Assembly (NCBI RefSeq): GCF_016433145.1
Contig: NC_058136.1
Span: 70,953,779 to 71,017,778, forward strand
Length of the DNA stretch: 64,000 bases
Source of the DNA: Gracilinanus agilis
Lineage: Eukaryota
Reading direction: 5' to 3'
The notes below the pieces were generated by a model, which worked only from the letters and a program-made list of their open reading frames with translations, ran no database searches and had not been told where the DNA came from. The position numbers and the translations under genes were made by a program. This document shows positions 1 to 36,954 of this stretch, piece after piece (positions within the stretch are counted from its first letter, which is position 1; every line of letters begins with the position of its first letter).

Positions 1-353
1 GATGTCTGTTAAGATGACCACTTTATATTTCCTCATTCTGTCCTCTGCTAGACACTTGAAATTCTTCACTAGGGTTTGACAGAGCCATCTTTTGGCCATC
101 AAACCATCTGAAAAAAGTCCCCTCCATTTTTGTCCAGGAAATGGTCCCCAAGTCCCCAGTAAAGACATCACTCCAGCTGAAATGCCCCCCCCCAGGTTCT
201 TAGATTTCATCACATCCTCATTTTTCTTCCTATGGTTTTCTGTGCCTAAATATGTCTACTCTGTTTTTTAACCTCCCAGCAGCACTCAGTCTTGTATTCT
301 ATAGTCCCATTTTAACAGAGAAGAGACCTCATCCTGAAAATGTACTAAAGTAA

Positions 354-535
354 GGGGGCAGCTGGGTGGCTCAGTGGATAGAGCACCAGGCCTGGAGTGG
401 GAGGATCTGAGTTCAAATCTGACCTCAGACACTTCCTAGCTGTGTGGCTAGTCACTTAACTCTATTTGCCTAGTCTCCTATCCTCTCCTATCTAAGAGTC
501 ATTACTAAGCTGGAAAGTAAAAATGAAAAAATAAA
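354..535 (+). mobile_element. Marsupial tRNA/CORE SINE
   Basis: GGGGCAGCTGGGTGGCTCAGTGGATAGAG head, core and A-rich tail. Confidence 0.8.
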
Positions 536-1299
536 TTAATTCATTAAATGAACCCGAGGTACTGAATCAATCACAGAGTGGTTCCACTCATCCTGTCAAT
601 CTGGTTCTTACTAAAGGAACAGTCCCTTGACCACCTCCAGAAGAGGATAGCCTTAGAGGCTGAAGACCAAACCAGACAAATGAAGCGAAACCTTAAGTTC
701 TAGGAATGGGGGAGGGGTGGGGGTGTCCTGGGCTGTCCCTGAAGCCCCCAAACTCAATCTTGCCTGCTGGTAAAGAAGTTTCCTGAGATAGAGCAGAGAC
801 TCAGCCAGGTATGTAGTCTCTTTTGATTCCTTTGTTGCTGAAGCAATCAAAGTAACCCCAAACAACCTGGCCCCTAAGTGCAAGAAGAAAAGAGAAAAGT
901 GAGAGAAATTTGACTTGGCAACTGTTAGTTATGGCAGGTTTAAGGGAGAAGGGGTATAGAGCCTGGGGTACTGGACTTGGAGCTTGGAAGGCTCCCCGTC
1001 AATCTAGTTCAAGGCCCTCAATTCCACAAAGCACCAATCAGAAGCTCAATATTCGGAGTGCTCTGGCCAATCCAGCAACCATCCTGGCCTCAAATACCTC
1101 CGGAGCCCAGCTCCTTGGACCCCTGGAGTCGGCTACCGTTCTTCACCTCTGGCTTTAATGGGACGGTCTTTTCTAAGGCTAGATTGACAGACAGTTTCTC
1201 TTCGGTGCTCTCCAAACCTCGCCTCCCTACGCAGGCAGGCTGGGGTTCAAGGTTCTTCCCTAACCTTTGCCCCAGCCAGCCCTTATCGCTGGCCCCTAG

Positions 1300-1799
1300 N
1301 NNNNNNNNNNNNNNNNNNNNNNNNNNNNNNNNNNNNNNNNNNNNNNNNNNNNNNNNNNNNNNNNNNNNNNNNNNNNNNNNNNNNNNNNNNNNNNNNNNNN
1401 NNNNNNNNNNNNNNNNNNNNNNNNNNNNNNNNNNNNNNNNNNNNNNNNNNNNNNNNNNNNNNNNNNNNNNNNNNNNNNNNNNNNNNNNNNNNNNNNNNNN
1501 NNNNNNNNNNNNNNNNNNNNNNNNNNNNNNNNNNNNNNNNNNNNNNNNNNNNNNNNNNNNNNNNNNNNNNNNNNNNNNNNNNNNNNNNNNNNNNNNNNNN
1601 NNNNNNNNNNNNNNNNNNNNNNNNNNNNNNNNNNNNNNNNNNNNNNNNNNNNNNNNNNNNNNNNNNNNNNNNNNNNNNNNNNNNNNNNNNNNNNNNNNNN
1701 NNNNNNNNNNNNNNNNNNNNNNNNNNNNNNNNNNNNNNNNNNNNNNNNNNNNNNNNNNNNNNNNNNNNNNNNNNNNNNNNNNNNNNNNNNNNNNNNNNN
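1300..1799. other. Assembly gap (500 N)
   Basis: Exactly 500 N, the same size as two other gaps, so probably a placeholder of unknown true length. Confidence 0.95.
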
Positions 1800-27881
<26,082 letters not shown>

Positions 27882-28854
27882 AAGGCCCTGACCCTGACCC
27901 TGACCCGGCCCCGGCCCCCTCCTCTGCTTCAGAGATGCCACCCGCTGCGTGCGCCTTGTGCAACTTCTCCTTCCCCCTCCCCTGGCACCTTTGGAGCCTC
28001 CCTCTGCCCTGTTTTCTCACTTTCCCTCCTCTGTATTTTGGGGTTTTAAGGGGTCGGGAGGATGGGTTCTTAGGAAGAAAGCACATTTTAGTGTTGGGCT
28101 GGGAGGGGAGGAAGGTTTGCTGGAGAGAGAGAGGCCTTCACACCCCACACCCTTGTGCTGGATTTTGCATGCAGTACCAAGCCTCCTAGATGGTATGTTG
28201 CCCCTTGGGCCTCCCCCTGCCCCCACTACCCACTAGGCGAGGCGGTAGTGGGAGAAGGGAAGAGGACAAGGGGCCTCCTGGCAGCCTCCCTCTGCCCATG
28301 GACGCTCTCCACAGCAGCAATCCCATGTAGGTTTTCCACTTGTTCTCCATCCATAATGTTTAAAAAGAAACTTACGATTCCTTCTTACACCAACAGTTCT
28401 TCATTCTTGATTTTTCCTGGGATTACAGAGGAGACAGATTGGGGAACGGAGGAGGTGGAGGGGGGACATCAGCAAGAAGAAGAGCAAAAGAAACTGGCAA
28501 AGGGCACATAGCCTTCCTCTTCCTCTCCTCCTCCTCCTCCCTCCAAAGACTGCCCTGCTCTGAAGCCAGTCAGGGCTGGGCTAGCAGCCTGGGCAGCTTT
28601 TCTCGTTTTATCTTTTTGTTTGCAGCCACCCAAGTTCCTTAAACTCATCTCGGCCCTGTGCCCTCCAAGGCCTGGGCTGGACTTCCCCAGGACCTTGGCC
28701 TCACCATCTGGTTCCCCCTGCCCAGAGCAAGAGAGAGTCTGGGGGGAGGGGGAGGGGCATGGCTTAGTCTGAAAGATGCCTCCATGGGGTGAGGGAACCC
28801 CAGACAGGCCCAGGCGAGGGGAAGGGAGGAACTGTCATCATTTTTCTTTTTCTT

Positions 28855-28885
<31 letters not shown>

Positions 28886-30204
28886 AAAGCAAAAAGTTGA
28901 AGAAAAGAAACTCATTTTTATTACAATGTTCTAATACGTGGGGCTTTTTTCCCGGGGTGGGGGTGGGGGTGGGGCGTCTTTTAGCAATGTACAAAACGGA
29001 TTCCTTTTTTTCCCCCCCCCCACCCCCACCCCAGTTTAGCGTCGGTCTTGGCAGGGATGTCCTGGGGAGGCTGAGCAGGCTGGGCCGAAGGGAGAGTGGC
29101 ACCCTGGGCAGTGCCAGGAGAGGCAGAGACTCTCCATACTTTGGTTTCTCTTGACTGCAAAGACATTGCATGTTGCTGCTTCCCTCCCTCCCTCCTTCCC
29201 TCCCCTCCTTCCATCCCTTCCTCCCTTCTTTGGATTCGACTTGGCCCTGAAAGGAGCATGTTCATCAGAAGGGGGGAGGCAACATCAGCCACCTCCCCAT
29301 CCACACCCAGCGAGTTGGGAAACAAGCAAACTAGAAGGAAGTTGTCTTTTCAGGAAAGGTGATGGGAATGCTCCCCCACCCCCACCCCCCCAAGCCCTCT
29401 AGACCCTGCCCTGACCAGCTGGGGCCACTCCAAATGGGAAGTGTTCCTGGGGCAGATGGGGGCAGAGCAGACAGCTACCTACTTCTAAGAGAACCTCCCA
29501 CCCCACCTGCCCCACCCCCCAACTTTCCTATTTGGGGACAAGGGGGCGTTGAAAGGGAAGAGTAGAAGCTGAGCCTGGAAGAGATGGACATTTGGCAATT
29601 AGGGGGATGGGGTGCTCTTTCTCAAAGCCAGTGGCCCCAGCCTACAGATTCCATGAATTTGTAGGCCTTGCTTTCCTAAAAGTTGGGAGCTGAACCCGAG
29701 ACAGAATCAGGCCAGGGTGGCTTAGGGGAGCCAAGCTCCCCCCGTGCCCACGATCTGCTTTGGCCAAATGAGCACTTTGAAAAAATGCTGTACAAAAAGA
29801 ATTTGCAAACAAGAGGCCCACCTCAAGGACCTGACTAGGGTCTCTCCTCAGTTCTCGGGCCAGCCTAGAGAGTTAGTGACCAATGTCCTTCCCATACCCA
29901 CCCACCCTGCCCCTGCTCACCCACGGTACCCTCTTCACCCCTCTGCTGTTGGCTCCCACAAAACTGCAGGGCCCCTGTTCTTTTGTATTATAGAAAATTT
30001 CACTGTGTAGTCTCTTAGACTCCATTCCCTAGTCCTGCCGCCGCCGCCGCCATCTGTTTTTCTTCCATCTTCTACCGCCCGCCCCCTTTAATTTCTTGCC
30101 TTTTTTTTTTTTGTAAGAACAGCTGTTCTATCTTCCATTGTAGAGCCCCCTCCCCCTGTGACTCAATATTACCCTAGTGCTATGTTGTTTGTGCTATTTT
30201 GAAC

Positions 30205-30210
30205 AATAAA
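30205..30210 (+). other. HCFC1: HCFC1 polyadenylation signal (3' UTR about 27882-30225)
   Basis: AATAAA followed by T-rich sequence about 2.3 kb after the stop codon. Confidence 0.75.
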
Positions 30211-33200
30211 ATACGTTTTTTTGAAATAACCACGTGGTCGGCTTCTCCCTTGCCCACCGACCCAGAACTCTCCAAAGATGGTCCCCAAAGGCCCTGAAGG
30301 TGGAAAACGCATGTCTTTGTGCCCTCTCTGCCCTCCAAATGGAAAGTTCAGTGCTGTGTTTGGTTACTCAAGTCATGGGGGCCCAGCTTGGAGAGAGGAT
30401 GCATGAGAGGGGGTGGGGGTTTTGCTACCCAGGAAACTTGCTTCTGGCCCCTGTGGTAGCCAGCTGTTGGCCTTTGGACAGAAGCACCTTCAGAGCCTAT
30501 CTATGAAGGAGGGGTGAGATGAAAATGATGGACCGAATGATCTTTAAAACCATCTGGGGGGCCACCTTTGGAATGGTCTATCTTGAAGGAATAACATTGT
30601 TCAAAACCGTGGAGTCGATCCCACAGACCAGGGTGCAGGGCGTGGGGCAGAATGTCACATGAGACTGGAGGTGATGTAACTCTACTTCCCCTGTCCATTT
30701 CCCTCTGCGTTCTTTGCTCTGAGGAAGAGGGAACCAATAGAGTAGACCAAGATGTCACGTTTGGGCCTACTGGGTTTCCTCCTCTTGCTCCAAGCTGCCC
30801 TTTTCTATTGCCTGCCGTTCCTCACTTTCCCACCTTGGTAACAGTTGAGCAGAAGAGACAAGAAACCTCGGATCCTCAAGTCTAATGTCATCTTTTTTCC
30901 CAGCTGGAGAAGTTCTGTTTCATTAAAAAGTGAACATTTCTTGGCCATGTGTAACCCTGGGCAAGTCACTTAACCCGAACTGCCTACAAAAAAAAGTAGT
31001 GATGGTCTCCCACCGAGTTGATTTCAGAACCAAGACTGGATTGGCCAAAGTCCCTCTTGTTGCTAAAGGAGCAGCAGCAGGATCCAAAGGCCTCGGGATA
31101 CGGGCACTTCTCTTCAGCAGGTCTGCCTTTGAGCTGCACCTTAGGAGAATTCAAGGAGGGATTTCACTTTGCCCTCTCTGGCCTCTCCAGGACCTCCCCC
31201 AGCTAACATCCCCTGTGGCCCAGGAACTCCTCCATGGAGTTGGCATCTCTGTTCCGCAGCCCTGGGGGATTTGAGTTGCTGGTCCTCCCTGTCTTCCCGA
31301 CCCCACCACAAAGATGCTCCCTAATGGCCCCCGAGACGGCCCAGCCTCTGAGGTCCCGCTCTTCATTGATACAGACATCCCGATGGCATTGGGCTAAATG
31401 CCCTGCCCCGGACATCCTTCGCCGCTCTTTCCAGCCTATCGGCACTGGCAGGGAGGTAGAAAGGAGAGCCTTGGTCCCCAGAGAGCTACCAGGCTGGCAG
31501 GGGAATGGCATAGGGTGGGCAGGGTCTTGATGGAGTCCACAGGGGCTCTGAGGAAGGAGCAGACAGGTGAGCTATTGAGGCAGACTTCACAGCAAAAAGC
31601 ACTTGAAGTGGGACCTTGAAGGAGGGCAAAGATTGGGCCAGGTAGAGGCAGGAGGGGAGTTGGGACAGAGCCAGGAATAAGTGAGAGGAGGGCCTGCAGG
31701 AAAAAGGGTTGTGGAAGGGAATGGGGGGTGGGGGGTACGGAAAGCTGGATGGGAAATCGGGCCAGAAGGATGGTGGAGAACCTTTCCTACCATGCTCCAG
31801 TGGTTTGGACTTTATCCTGCAAGTAGCAGGAGGAGCAATGGAAACCCTCCAAGCAAATCTGTGCTCAAGGGAGAGTAGTATTCCATGGACAAAAGGAGGA
31901 AACGGACAGCCTAGCCCAGTCTCTGGGACCTGGGCCAGGAGTCCTCTCCACCCCCCATCAGGCCCATGTTTCCCCCTTCCCTGCACCAGAGCCTGGAGGA
32001 CAAGTGCTCTGTGGATCAGATTGTCTTCCCTGGGGACGAGCATTGATGCACCCGATTCCTTTGGCCTCCCAGGTCGTTGCCATAGACCAAAGAGAGAAGG
32101 TTCTGATGACGACTAACATGCCTGGGCCAAGAATGTCAATTGCCCAGGTAAATAAATCTCTCCGTCCCAAGCTATTGAGAATAGGGGCTGCCCGGCCCGG
32201 CCTAGGCCGACCATGCCCACGGTTCTTCCCATTGGGAGTGATATGGGCTGCTCCCTTGAGGTGCCCATGCTTCTTGCTCCTGAACAAATGAATATTTACT
32301 AAAAGCATTGACCAGACAGCTAGAAGATTCAGACAGACCCTGCTTTCGTGGGGGCTCCCATTCTAATAGAGAGAGACTGCAAACAGGGAGCTTTTAGTTG
32401 TACCAGAGAGATCGCCACACCCCCACCTTGGCCTTAGGATTGCAGCAAGGAAGATGGCATCTTCTTTAGTGGCATTTCCACTGATATGCCCCCCACACAC
32501 ACACCCTTTCTGCTTTTCAACTATTCAATGGTGCCAAAGAGTTCTGGGCTAAGAATTTTTCAGGGTCTACCCTAACTATGGCTGTGATGGTGGAGGAGGA
32601 ACTGGAAGTCGTGAGTGGTCATAGCTCTGATGAGGCTTGCTCCCCGCTCTCCCCCGGTGGCCACTAGAGCAGGCTAGGAGGGGCCCAGGTGAGGAGGGGT
32701 GGGGATGACCATACACTGCCAGTCCCAGGGATGCTGGGCTTACTGGCCCTTCCTTCAGAGTTGGCCAAGCCTGTGCTTATCTCTGTTAGGTCTATGAGAT
32801 GCGTCCTGTTCTGCCTCTGGGAGGTTGGGTACAAGTGTATAGCTGAGCGTAGATTGGAATTTGGGTTACAGATGGGCATCAGGGAGCCACAAGCAACACC
32901 CCACCTGCCGCCAAGGAAACTGGTCGGCTTCCCAAGCAGCAGGAGGTGACACCCGGCAGCAAGAAGGCCTTTCTTCAGGCTGCTGGCAGAGACAGGGGCA
33001 CACTGCCACGATCAGCACCCAGGAGGAGGAGGAGGAGGTCTGGTACAATTCCACGACATAGACCGGAACCGCTTTGGCCCCGCCATATATCCCTGATCTA
33101 GGCAGAGCAGAGAAGGAGATCCTGGGGTCGGAACTCATCCGTTCTCCATCCATCTTCCCTCAGGTCAAGGCTCTCCCAACCCACCCACTCGACACGGCCC

Positions 33201-34189
33201 AATACAGCCTAGGCCAAACTGTAACCCCAGCAGGGGGTAGTTCCAGGGCACCTAATCTGTTCCAGGCGCTGGGGACAGAGTAGCACCATGAAACAATCCT
33301 TACCCTTGAGAAACTTACAATCTCCATCGGCAGTGGGTGTACTACGGAAGGCTGAAAGGTCTCCAGCAAGCTATCTTCCAAAAGTTCATTGCACTTCGAC
33401 ACAATGGAGACAAAATTTGAAAGAATACATAATCAGGAATGTTCCACGCAGGGAGCTCCTTATCCGGACCTTGAAGGAAGATGGGAATTCTAATCTTGAT
33501 GGGACAGCCTGTGCCAAGACGCACAAATGGGAGATGAAATGGCAACTTCCTTCGGAGAACAGAGAGATAGCACAAATGATATAGAGTAATGGCCCCCCTG
33601 GGCCCGAGGGGGCAGCTCCAAGTCTGCTTTGGTCCAAGGCCTCAAAATGCCCCATTTTCTTCATTTAATATTTACTTTTTTACCAATTCCATGCAATAAC
33701 CAATTTCCACACAAGTTTTCCCAAGTTACAGGCGTGAACTTATCTCCCTCCTTCCCTTCCCTTCCCCTTCCCGGCTCTGGCAGGCCACTGGATCTGGGTT
33801 AGACATGGATTATCATGCATTTTCTTCATTTACAGAATTAGCTTTGTCCTTGAGGAATTCAGCGGGTTGGCTCTTTATCTGGGAAAGCCTGGACCCCCCC
33901 AACCCAGGGCAGGTTCTCTTTGGCTCGCCAATGCCCCACCTCGACTCCTGCAGGCAAATCTAGCCTTTCCCTCCATGTGGCCAATAGAGAGAGACATATA
34001 GATAGGGTTTCTTCCCTCAATCCAACAAGCATTTTTTTTTTTGAGATGTAAATGTAAGATTTTGCTAAGGATTATTTCTCACGTCGCTCAATTTTAGACG
34101 CCGACAGACCTCTGATCTGATCAAGATATTCAGGATATTTGGAAATTCTTGCACTAGCGTATTATACTACTCATCTTCCAACAAGCATT

Positions 34190-34410
34190 TAAAAACATTT
34201 TTTTAACCCTTACTTTCTGCCTTAGAATCACTACTACATATCAGTTCCAAAGCAGAAGAGCGCTAAGGGCGGGAGAATTGAGTTAAGTGACTTGCCCAGG
34301 GTCACACAGCTAAGGATGTCTGTGAGCAGATTTGAACCCAGGACCTCCCGTCTCTACACCTGATACTCTATCCACTAAGCCACCTAGCTGTCCCTCAATA
34401 AATATTTCTG
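34190..34410 (-). mobile_element. Marsupial SINE
   Basis: tttaacccttactttctgccttagaatc...ctagctgtccc. Confidence 0.75.
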
Positions 34411-35359
34411 TTTTTTTTTTCCTTCCTTGATTGTATTTTAATGACAGATTTCCACATAAGTTTTCCAAAGTGACATGATCCGTATTGTCTCCCTCCCCCA
34501 TCCCGGGTTGGATGAGCTATTATTCGCTCTGGGTCATACATGTTCGGTAAATATTTCTACTATGTGTAAGACACAGGGCTAGACGTTGGGAACACAGAGT
34601 CGAGATGAAAAGCATCCTTGACATCAGGGGGCTTCCATTCTACTGGTAGGGACACAATAGAGGTGAGCAAATCTAGTGTAGACATGATCGTTTATGGAGG
34701 AGGGAGCAAGCAGAACAACTAACACCCCTTTCTCCAGAACCCCCCCCCCAAGAGACGTCATGGAGGAGGTAGTATGTGGGATGAATGGCCAAGAAATCGG
34801 TGAGTTCTGAGAGGTGGAAGGGGAAAGGGGATGCCCATGCCAACAACCAGAAAGGCAGGAGATAGAATGCCTAATCCAAGGAGGGCCAAATAGGTTACTC
34901 TACCTGGAAAGCAGATCACTGGGCAAAACCTGGAGAGGTAGGCTGGAGTCAGGCTGGGAAGGGCGTTAGAGACCAAATCAGTTATTCTGCTATTAATTGG
35001 ACATGGATTATTGTGTCCATACGTGCATGGAAATTGGACAGATTTCTTCCCCTGTGATGTCAGTCAACAAACATAGAGCACCTACTATGTGCCCGACACC
35101 TCGCTAGGTACTGGGGATACGCAGAGAAAAATGATGTCCGGATCCATGGAAAGCTCAAAGGGTGCACTCTGCGTTCCATCAGGGGAGACGTGGTCCTGGA
35201 GGAGGATCTAGAGAACGAATACAAGACAAAAACAAGGCAGGTCGAGAGATATGAACAGATAGTTTAGGGGAAAAGAAATCGAAGCTCTATCTATAGAGAT
35301 AGGAAAAATGTCGCACTCCCACTGGCCAGCCCTTACCGCTCTTCTGCCTTGGAACAAGC

Positions 35360-36230
35360 ATATAGTGTTGATTCTAAGGGGGAAGGGAAGGCTTTGAAAA
35401 AATGCTCGAAATCATTACTGGTTAGAGAAATGATCACGCCTGACAGACTGGGTATAAAAGGATAAAAAAGGGCAAAATGACCACAAACAGTGGAGGAGAT
35501 GCGGAAGAGCAGAGGGGACACCAATACCCTGCTGGCGGAACTGTCAACTGAATCAGCCATTCCGGAGAGTTATAAAATTGGGTATACCCTTCAATCCAGA
35601 AATACCCTTGCCGGATCTGTTTCCTGACGTGATCAGGAAAAAAAGGCGAAGAACCCAGGCGTTCCAAAAGATTGCGAGCAGCTCTCTTTGTGGTGGCAAA
35701 GATTTGGAAACTGAGGGGATGCCCATCAACTGGGGAATGGCTGAACCAGTTGCCGTATAGGATTGTGGTGGAATACTCCTGTGCCGTAAGAAATGATGCA
35801 ACGGGGGCAGCTGGGTAGCTCAGTGGATGGAGAGCCAGGCCTAGAGACGGGAGGTCCTGGGTTCCAATCTGGCCTCAGACACTTCCCAGCTGGGTGACCC
35901 TGGGCAAGTCACTTGACCCCCATCGCTCACCCTTCCCACTCTTCTGCCTTGGAGCCAATACACAAAAGTTACGGGTTTAAAAAAAAATGATGCAACGTGG
36001 GAAAGACCTACACGAAAATAATGAAGAGGGGAAAGAGCAGAACCAAGAGAACACCAGCTACAGCTACAGAAATGAAGATTTGAAGAATGACTCCTGAATG
36101 TCCACCTCCAGAGAAAGAACGGAGCAACAGAAACACAAAAGATATATATATATATATACATATCTTTCTGTCAGGTGATACCCTCTATGGTGGGGAGAGG
36201 GGGCTGAGGGGCTGAGATACATGGGAAGAA
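35360..36230 (+). mobile_element. Degraded L1 ORF2/3' fragment carrying a nested SINE
   Basis: PFNPEIPLPDLFP resembles L1 ORF2 PFDPAIPLLGLYP; L1 3' text continues after the SINE. Confidence 0.75.
35804..35984 (+). mobile_element. SINE1_Mdo-like tRNA-derived SINE with TSD
   Basis: GGGGCAGCTGGGTAGCTCAGTGGAT...; TSD AAATGATGCAACG at 35791-35803 and 35985-35997. Confidence 0.85.
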
Positions 36231-36263
36231 ATTCTATTAAAAAAAAAAAAATATATATATATA

Positions 36264-36763
36264 NNNNNNNNNNNNNNNNNNNNNNNNNNNNNNNNNNNNN
36301 NNNNNNNNNNNNNNNNNNNNNNNNNNNNNNNNNNNNNNNNNNNNNNNNNNNNNNNNNNNNNNNNNNNNNNNNNNNNNNNNNNNNNNNNNNNNNNNNNNNN
36401 NNNNNNNNNNNNNNNNNNNNNNNNNNNNNNNNNNNNNNNNNNNNNNNNNNNNNNNNNNNNNNNNNNNNNNNNNNNNNNNNNNNNNNNNNNNNNNNNNNNN
36501 NNNNNNNNNNNNNNNNNNNNNNNNNNNNNNNNNNNNNNNNNNNNNNNNNNNNNNNNNNNNNNNNNNNNNNNNNNNNNNNNNNNNNNNNNNNNNNNNNNNN
36601 NNNNNNNNNNNNNNNNNNNNNNNNNNNNNNNNNNNNNNNNNNNNNNNNNNNNNNNNNNNNNNNNNNNNNNNNNNNNNNNNNNNNNNNNNNNNNNNNNNNN
36701 NNNNNNNNNNNNNNNNNNNNNNNNNNNNNNNNNNNNNNNNNNNNNNNNNNNNNNNNNNNNNNN
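36264..36763. other. Assembly gap (500 N)
   Basis: Exactly 500 N; the upstream contig ends in A/(AT)n. Confidence 0.95.
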
Positions 36764-36954
36764 TCCCTTGTTTCCCGGAGGCAGTGAATAGTCTAATGTA
36801 GGTTGTATGTACTTTCAGTGACGTGGCTTTTTCAGACAGGATTTTAAACAGGTCACATTGCCCTCTTGCCATGGTCTATCTCAAATTCTCCGCGAGTTTC
36901 ACGTGTTTCTGACCGACTCTGTTTCCCGTTATTGTCCTGCCTCCAACCCTTCAG

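Noticed and set aside
354-430. tRNA-like A/B-box heads here and at 35804 and 60799
   Set aside because: These are SINE heads followed by core and tail, not tRNA genes.
1-1299. Expected TMEM187 upstream of and divergent from HCFC1
   Set aside because: No TMEM187-like peptide is recognisable, and this contig is separated from the promoter by a gap of unknown size.
27886-27915. (CCCTGA)3 telomere-variant-like repeat just after the HCFC1 stop codon
   Set aside because: Only three units; ordinary slippage explains it.
32930-33000. VTPGSKKAFLQ resembling RENBP VAPPGKKCAFVL
   Set aside because: It is in a different frame and order from the other weak RENBP-like match, so the hits are not colinear; probably chance.
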